From Rhizaria sp. SCN 62-66 (taxonomy: Eukaryota): DNA of 46,014 bases. Shown in pieces: positions 38,701 through 46,014 of this stretch; position 1 is the stretch's first letter, and every line of letters begins with the position of its first letter. The stretch covers positions 62,001 through 108,014 of the forward strand of contig MEDY01000048.1 in NCBI GenBank assembly GCA_001724265.1, in the 5' to 3' direction. The notes under the pieces were generated by a model. That model was not told the DNA's origin and did not search any database. It worked only from the letters and a program-made list of their open reading frames with translations. The position numbers and the translations under genes were made by a program.

Positions 38701-39823
38701 CAGCCGGCAGCCACCGCGGCGGCGCCTCACGTCCACTCGCACTCGCGCTCGCACACGTTGCGGCACAGATGCTTGCCATGGCGCGATCGCCGGCAAGAAC
38801 ACGCGCGCTACCGGTGGCGCAGGCAGCGTCCCTAACGCCGACGCCGGCCTCGGCGGCACGGACAGCAGAGCTGCGCGCGCAGAGAGCAGAGCCGCGCGCG
38901 CAGCCAGCACTGGCACGGGCCGGGGACGGCACAAGCGCCGCAGCGAGCGCGGGCGCCGTGGCCGCCCTCGGCAGCGGGCGCCAGTGCGCGCCGCAGTCCC
39001 ACGCGCCGCCGGAGCTGTCTTGGCCGACTCCAGCATCGCGCTCCGGCGTACGGTCACCCTGCTACTGCTACTGCTGTTGCTGCTGTTGTTGTTGTCGTTG
39101 TTGTTGCTGTGGTTGTAAATCGCGGTCACTTGCGCTTGGTGTATTGGTGCGGGCCAGAGCACGCAGAGTGGCCATTGCCGCGCGGTCCCCGGCGCCTAGG
39201 CACGGCCTGCCCGGGTGCAGCGCGGCAGCAGCCGCAAACGCAGCGCCAGCCGAGAACGCCGCGAGCTACGAAGCGGGCTAAGATGAAGCAGCCGCCGGCT
39301 CCAGTGGCTCTGGCGAGCAGAGGTGGCCGCGATGCGGCCGCGCGGCGGCGCAGGGCCGGCACAGCCACACGCGCGCGGGCGGAGCGAGCGTCGCAACACT
39401 GGCGCCGAACGCTGGGTCCCACGGGTCGCAGCGCGCGCGCGGCACGAGCAGCGGCGCACGCGCGCCGGAGCAGTCCCAGCAAACGAGCGCGTGGTGGTGC
39501 AGCGGCGCGGCGCAGTCGTGGCAGGGCGCGGTGGCGGCGCGCGCGGCGTGCGCGGCGGCCAAGTCCGTGGCGAGCGCGCCCGCGGCCTCGCGCTGCTTCA
39601 TGGCAGTGTACTCAGCGGCGGTCAGACCCATCATGCGGAGCACTTTCGCGGTCGGCAGCGGGGCGGCGGCGTCCGCAGCTGTTGTCGAGGACGCTGTTGT
39701 CGCAAGCGCTGTTGTCGCCATTAATGTAGCTGTAGAATCCGCGGGTATGGCAGCAGGCGTCGATTCACCATCGTCAAGGTCGAGGCGATGGGCTCCAGCG
39801 CCGGGGCGCTGCCGGGAGAACAT
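32786..39823 (-). CDS. Carboxylic-acid-reductase-like NRPS-type enzyme (adenylation, carrier, thioester reductase) with an N-terminal Cys/His finger, ~2345 aa; 4 in-frame TAG codons; apparently intronless
   Basis: A-domain motifs PTSGTSGSAPRGV, PLSH, AVPRIWE, TGSAP, FGTTETG, GELMLRS, WHATGDI, GR...AGEFV and LTGSGKLAR. Carrier motif LGVDS. Reductase motifs LTGVTGSVG, DVSRPWFGL, HCAASV and GYAATK. ORF 39278-39823 joins ORF 32786-38932 in frame through TAGs at 39278, 39266, 39068 and 39062. Stop TAA. Confidence 0.85.
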
Positions 39824-40281
39824 GCTGAAGATGCCTACCTAGGCGCTGTGTAGATGAGGACGTGATTCTAGAGGGGTATACGAAATTATAAGGTTTATTA
39901 TTAAACATCCGGTGAGAAAAGTTGTAAATAACATAGTATGCATCGTTATACTCTTGCGGACGGATTACACGGACTTCTGCCCATCTGTCTATTCAAGCTA
40001 CATTCTTTCTCTCCCCTCGAGTCAGTGATTTTTTTAGGTACAGGACGAACGGGTGGACTACATGACACGTGAAAATAGCTTCAATTGTGATGTATTCTCA
40101 GCGCCTACATGATAAATATACTGGCGTAGTGCTTTCCATCGTTCATTGCGACAACGCGTGCGCATGCGATTTCTTTTATACGATCTGATCAAAAACTAAA
40201 AACTACAACAAACAACAATAATCTCTCTCCCTCAACTCTCAGCTATCTCTGCATGCTTCACTTCACGAAAGTGCGCGATAC

Positions 40282-41238
40282 TTAGCAGCTGACGATGCCG
40301 GTGTTCTGGTCCTGCATGTCTCCCTCAAGCGACACGACGTCCTTAAAGTGCGTGATGCGCGCAACACGGAAGCGCACAGCCGTGCCGACCTGCAGCGTCT
40401 CGTTGGTTGCCGCATTGACCCACCCGGCGCCGTCGTCCGAGAACTCAAACTCGGCGGGCAGCCCGGCCGCGGCCTTGATCGCCGCGTTGAAAGTGCCGTT
40501 GACGAGGAGACCGACGTGGTCGGCCTCGACCTTGTTGATCGTGCCGGTCACGTACGCGCCCACGGCAGGGCGGAACACCAGCAGACGGGCCTAAACAGGA
40601 AACGAGGGACGAAAGAACAAACAAAAGAAAAAGAGGTATAGATGTGAGTAGTTGGAGTTGAAAATTTCACATAGGATCGCAATATAAGTGTTAATATAAA
40701 ACGTCGTGCAATCTTAACACACACGTATCATCAAAGTCTATTGCCATGTTTATGTGTTGTCGGGTGCAAAGTGTACCTGGATGTTGAAGTGGACGTGAGG
40801 GCGGTCGAAGAAGACCTCGGAGTGAGTGTCGAGGATGTGAAGCTTATCAAACGCCATCACAACGCCGCCGACCTGCGGATTGTACCTGAACAAGGAACAC
40901 GCGAGTGCAACAGAGCGAGATTAGAGTGATCAGGGGTGAGCAATGCGAAACGAGGAGTTAGTATGGCAAGGCGTACATGGAGACAATACTTATGTGGGTC
41001 GCGAAGAAAACGCACGGCCAGAGTTTCCACGCGTAGAGGTACATCATATCAAAGGCTCGAAGAAAGCTGCACATATTGCAATGATCTAGCGCTTGTTTTG
41101 TGAGGGAGTGTTGGAGGAGACGTACTTCATGAGCATCGACGTGAGAAGAGCCTGGACACCCTCTGTGACGTTGCCGAGACGCGAGGGCAGCAGGTGCACC
41201 TTGGTCTCAATAATAACGTTGTGGAAACAGTCAGCCAT
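40282..41238 (-). CDS. RPA43: RNA polymerase I subunit RPA43 (RPB7/RPC25 family), ~176 aa. Exons 41238-41126, 40885-40777, 40590-40282
   Basis: The spliced product VHLLPSRLGNVTEGVQALLTSMLMK|YNPQVGGVVMAF..DRPHVHFNIQ|ARLLVFRPAVG..GTINKVEADHVGLLVNGTFNAAI matches the RPA43 SHS2 and OB domains. Stop TAA; a further small 3' exon cannot be excluded. Confidence 0.85.
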
Positions 41239-41862
41239 TGCGGAAACGGAGTGAAGCGGGGCGCGAAAGCGACGGGAGCTGCACAAGCGCGGAGGCAAAA
41301 AGGCGAGGTGGGTGAGGGACGGGAGCGAGGAGCGGCAGCGCGGCAAGAAAAGCGGCGCAGACTGGTTTTAAAGCAGCGGGGTGGCTACGACAGACAACTC
41401 AGTAGACGGTCGACTGTGCAGCAGAAAGAAATCAGTTAAGCAGGGGCGACTCGGGTGCGATGCCGAACGTCGGAGCGATGAGACCTACGGCGGCAAAGGC
41501 GATACAGCGGAAGTGAATATAACGGCATGAAAACGACAGAACGCAATGTGGCCACAACATATATTAAATCATTAACGCTACTATGTGGCCACTAAAATTG
41601 AAACCTAAACACGATCATTTACCCCTATTACCAGCCAGTATGCGTTCTTGGACCGACCGAGCGCTGCCGAGCCTGCTGCTTTGACGGTCGGCCGAGCTGG
41701 CTAGCCGATAAGGCTGACATGGCTTAAGGAGGCGTCCAACGTCTATTGTTGACCGGACTGGCTCTCGCTCAAACGTCCGCTAATTCGAAAGAGGTGCAGA
41801 TATAGTCAGTGTCCTGCATCTTTCTCGCGTATATTTAACGGATATCTCCGTATCCGCATTGC

Positions 41863-44800
41863 ATGTCGTCCTCTGAGCACGTCGAGCTTAGCGAGGCGGT
41901 GGTTGGGCAGCTCCGCGCCCTGGCCTCCTCTCTTGGCACTTACATTGCCGAATTAGAGGGTTTCAACACCGCCGTCGTGGCGCCCATGCTCAAACTTGCT
42001 AACTCCGAGGACTGCTGGCGCGCAAGCGGCTTTGCTGCCCAAATTCCGCGCGCACGCTACGCCGCCCTGTGCGCTGACGCCTTCGCCAACGTCCAAGCTT
42101 TCTCCGGACTGCACCGGCCGTTGTTTGAGGCCGCCGCAGCAGCTGCAGCCACGGCAGCCACAGCCGGCGACGGCCGCACTGCGTGGTTTCCTCTCCACTT
42201 TGCGCCTGATGCTATCGCTATTGCAAACGCTCCGTTCGCGCACGCCTCGGTCGGCGCCACCGCCGCTGCTCTGCTGAACCAGCCTTTCCCGTCCTCTGCC
42301 GCTGCGTCCTCCGCCTCGGCATCAGCCTCCGATGCGGGGTCCGAACCAGTGACGCAGATGCTGGCGGCGCTGCTGGCGTTTGCTGCACCCGCAAACGGCC
42401 CCGCTGCGCGCGCCTACGGTGACTTTGGCGCCCTCGTCTCCTGCAACGCTGTTGCGGCCCTCGAAACGGTACGTTTTTCACTGCGTATCTCAGTTAAATT
42501 CTAGAACTTCCCAAAGAAACGCCTGTGGTGTTTCATAATGCTACTTGTTTACTAAAAACTGAGGTATTGTGCTGACTTGTGTTTTTTGCGTCGCTTTGCG
42601 CCTTGCTCTTCCCTCGTCCATAACGCAGGAGTCCGCCGCGGTGTCAGAGTTCCTGACTGCCTCGCTCGCGCGCGCGTCGCTGCCATCGCTCCCCGCGGCG
42701 CTGCTGCTGCCCGCGCAACACCTCGCCGCCTTGCGCGCCCACGTGCTTGCGTTTGCGCCCGCAGCCGCTGCCTCAGCCGCAGCCGCGCTGCCCGCTCTCT
42801 TATCACCTGCCAGTCGCAGTCCGAGTAGTGCGAGCGCTGACGGCGGTGTCGACGCTCTCTCAGCGTGGCTCACGCCGCTGCTTACTGCGCTGTGCAACGA
42901 TCAAACCGCCAGTGCGACTGCCAGTGCGAGCGCGAGTGCGAGCGTGACTGTGAGCAACGCTCAGCGTGCCGCGGCCGCCGCGCTAATGGCCGCTCTCGGC
43001 CTCCTCCGCCTCGCTAATGCGGCGCCCGACTCGCACCCCCACGCCGCCGCTGGCGCGGTGTTGCCGCTAGAGACCGTGGCCGATATTGTGCCTTTCCTTC
43101 GCATCGGCGACTCTGGCGCCGGCGGCGCTCACGGTCACTCCCACGCAAGCGCCGCTGGGGTGGCGACTGTGAGCCTGGGGGAGGCGCGTGCGCTGTCGTG
43201 GCATCTGGCGCGCGCGGCGCTGCTGCTGTCCGCCGCGGCCGCGCTCTGCGCTCTGCCCAACGCCGATCCCACCGCAAGCTGGCGCGGCGCGAGCGAGTCC
43301 GCGAGTGCAACCGCACATGGGCCCGTCGTCGCTGCTCACGGTCACTCTCCTGCTCACGGTCACGGACAGGGTCACACTGGCGCGTTTGTGAGGCCCGCGG
43401 TGCTGACCGAGGCCGCGTCCGCCGCAGCCGCCGCGGCCGCGGAGGCCGGTCTTGCGCCCCCGCACGGCGGCTTCCTCGCGGCCCGCTTCTCCACCGCCAA
43501 CAGCTCTATCCACAGCAGCAATCATGGCAACAGTGGCAGTAGCAGTGCGAGTGCGGGTGTCGCGGCGCTTGCGTCGGCCGCGGCCGCCCCGTTGGAGCGC
43601 GCGCTAGGGGCCTTCCCCTCCACCACGACGCCCATCGCTGCCGGATGGCTCTCAAAGCGCTCGAACGCAGTCAGCAACACTGGCACTGGCACTGGCAGTG
43701 GAGCGCAGCAGCAGTCAGCGCAGCGGTACTTTGCGCTGTTTCCGCTGCTGTTGGCGTGGGGCGACGGCGCCGTGCTGCGCGGCAGCGTGGCCTTCTCGCG
43801 CGTCACCGTGGCCGAGCCGGTACCGGGGCTGCCGCGCGCGTTCAAGCTCACCGTCGCCGTCGAAGAGGAGATCGCCGACAGCAACGGCGGCGACGGCGGC
43901 AGTGACTGGAAGGACGATGACGGGAGCAGTAACGGTGCGCTCAGTGCTGCTGGCCCGCTGTCGCCGCTGCCCGGCCAGCGTCTGCAGCGCCGCAGCAACT
44001 ACGCACACTCGCAGTCTCTAAACGGCAGCTCTGGCTCTGGGGCCGGGGTGCGGACGCGGACGCTGATGCTCACTGCGAGCACCGAGCGCGAGGCCAAGGC
44101 GTGGCTGGCTGCGCTGACCGCAGCGGCCGACGCAGCCGCGGAGGCGTTCGCAGCGGCCGAGGCAGTGCTGGGCTCGGCCGCTCTGGTGAGCAATCGCTAC
44201 GACCACAGTCGGAGTCACAGTCAGATTCACAGTCACGCTGAGGGGCACGGCGGCGACGGCGCGGGCGATGAGCACAAGGACTACCCCTCCCCGGCCGGCG
44301 CCCGCAGTCGCACCCACGCCCACGGGCACAGTCACAGTCAGTCAGGCCCTGGCTCAGACTCTGGCTCTGGGTTTGTGAAACACAGTGCACTGGGCATGCC
44401 GCCGTTGCCCGACGCCGCGCTGGGGGAGGCTCGCGCCCGCGCGGCCGCCGCGCTGGCGCGCGCCGGGCTCACCCCGACCCCCGGCCAGCCTGCCGCTGCG
44501 CACGGTCACTCGGCTGCGGCGGAGACTGAGGTGCGGGCGCGTCCGCCCCGTGGTCCGTCTCGCGGTCCGCCACTGTCGGACCCTGCTCACGGCCACTATT
44601 ACTACAACCATAACACGCCGCAGACGGCTGCGACTGGGGGGCGGCTGCGCGCGTCGTCACTCACACCGGGCGCCGGCGGCTTAGCTTCCGCCGGCGGCTT
44701 AGCTTCGGACAGCAACAGTGGCAGCACGCACCTCTCACAGTCGCACTCGGGCCACTTGCAGTTTCCGCAACAGCACCCACAGCAACAGCACCCACAGCAG

Positions 44801-45106
44801 CAACACCCACAGCAGCAGCACTCGCAGCAGCAGCAATTGCGTTCGCGCGCGCCGTCTCGCGCCGACGCTGCCGGCAGCCACGGCACGGGCGGCCGCGCCA
44901 GCGCTGGCCCCGGCGGCCGGCGGTCGCCCTTCCTCGAGGTCGCGGCTCGCGTGCGCGCGAGCGTGCAATCCGCCGAGCGCCGGCTCGCGGCGCTGGCGCG
45001 GATTGAGGACGACGCCGCGCGCGCAGTGCGGACGGCGCTGGAGGATGTCCGCGGCAAGGTCGCCGCGCTTGTGGCCGCGGCAGCGGCGCCGCTGCCCGCC
45101 GAGTAA
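41863..45106 (+). CDS. PH-domain protein with a degenerate N-terminal DH (RhoGEF)-like region, ~1027 aa. Exons 41863-42468, 42629-45106
   Basis: PH motifs PIAAGWLSKR..QRYFALFP..RAFKL..RTLMLTASTEREAKAWLAAL. DH-like pattern TYIAELEGF..VVAPM, AFANVQAFSGLHRPLF, EFL..SLPAALLLPAQHL. Phase-0 GTACGT...CAG intron; stop TAA. Confidence 0.72.
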
Positions 45107-45548
45107 TCACCACTTGGCCGCAATGTGAGAGCGGATTCAATTTCCAGATGATACCTAGTTTACGAACCGACTATGATAATGACCACTTTTTTTTCGACCA
45201 ATTTATTGTTTTGTGATGTTTTCAATGAACTTAGGACCGTCATTTATATTACGTAATAAATCGGATCTCAACTCCATCAACAGACCACCAATTCACTTGT
45301 TCCAGTTTAGCTCTAAGGGTATCTTTACTAGGCTGGTGGCTGGCTGTACCAAGAAGCTCGACTAAGTACCCGCTTAGAATCTTGACTAATTACCCTCTTT
45401 TGATGTTAGACTAACCCCTAATCACACTTACTAAGTACAGCTCAGAACTCTTATTAGTACTAGTACTAGGATTTAGTATATAATGTCACCGCCGACATTC
45501 TGCATTAAATTCCCTCTGACAGCAATTTCCGGCCGCGATTTAAAGCGT

Positions 45549-45677
45549 TGTGAACACAGACTCTCTTTTTCTATGAAAACAATAAGAACCAAGTATAGAA
45601 TTCGAATTGTATGCTGTGTCTCTGATAGTATAAATTGTTATTGTTGTTTTCACAGAAAATAGAAGTCTGTGTTCACA
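45549..45677. repeat. Imperfect inverted repeat (~40 bp arms, ~45 bp loop)
   Basis: TGTGAACACAGACT at 45549 is the exact reverse complement of AGTCTGTGTTCACA ending at 45677. Pairing continues inward with a few mismatches (TTTTCT.TGAAAACAA / TTGTTTTCA.AGAAAA). Confidence 0.8.
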
Positions 45678-46014
45678 GGAAAACGCCACCTTTATATGCC
45701 CGCCCCAAAACGACCGTGGGTGGTGTTTGCCCCAGTTTGAGCCTGTGAAACTCGGTATTTTATGCCAAATGTCGGTTGTAACATAGAATAATACTACAAC
45801 AAACAATAACAATAACTCGTACGCTTACTACGTAGGTCTATTCCAAGTATGAATCATGACAAGTAAGATGTGTGTAAGTTTGCGAGCTGTCACTCCGTCT
45901 CTCAGCCTTGACTGATTAACACGGGGGTCGCGAATTGGGCCGTTTGCTGTTATTGACGAAATCTTGATGGATATGTCGTAAAACTGGGTTTTAGTTCGTG
46001 CACAACATTTCAAT

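Noticed and set aside
22831-39823. The four TAG-containing genes as pseudogenes or victims of C-to-T hypermutation
   Set aside because: Decay or deamination should also create TAA (from CAA), TGA (from CGA) and frameshifts. All 11 interruptions are TAG and the catalytic motifs are largely intact.
22831-39823. Pyrrolysine, selenocysteine or A-to-I (UAG to UGG, Trp) explanations
   Set aside because: Pyl is known only from prokaryotes and Sec uses TGA. Trp fits poorly in a poly-Q tract and in polar linkers. RNA editing is not formally excluded without RNA data.
8930-42504. Track ORFs that end in TAG (8930, 19035, 41086, 42504) as counter-examples of TAG termination
   Set aside because: Each TAG lies inside an intron, downstream of a clear GT donor, so it is not a gene end.
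7830-45106. Ciliate-type code (TAA and TAG both Gln)
   Set aside because: TAA marks the end of five genes where GC-rich coding sequence gives way to UTR-like sequence, and no internal TAA was found.
1-46014. tRNA (especially a CUA-anticodon tRNA), rRNA, CRISPR array or transposase
   Set aside because: None recognisable by eye; tRNAscan-SE or Infernal would be needed to exclude small RNAs.

Overview
This is GC-rich nuclear DNA from an intron-containing eukaryote, probably a protist; the lineage cannot be identified from the sequence alone. I modelled ten protein genes by hand with 15 short AT-rich GT-AG introns: a kelch-repeat protein (runs off the left edge), an EDR2-C/DUF1336 protein, a secreted type-B carboxylesterase, a bromodomain+ET protein, an unknown basic helical-repeat protein, a COG2907-like FAD oxidoreductase, a very long Tim17, a carboxylic-acid-reductase-like A-T-R enzyme, RNA polymerase I subunit RPA43 and a degenerate DH-PH protein. 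There is also a possible ARM-repeat pseudogene fragment and a ~130 bp hairpin. Main result: the organism appears to use a non-standard nuclear genetic code in which TAG is a sense codon, most likely Gln, while TAA and TGA remain stops. Eleven in-frame TAGs interrupt four otherwise continuous genes. One lies inside a Rossmann FAD-binding motif and two lie inside a poly-Gln tract. I found no in-frame TAA or TGA, and all nine complete genes end in TAA (5) or TGA (4). Most other long ORFs in the supplied track are antisense or off-frame shadows of low-complexity coding DNA.
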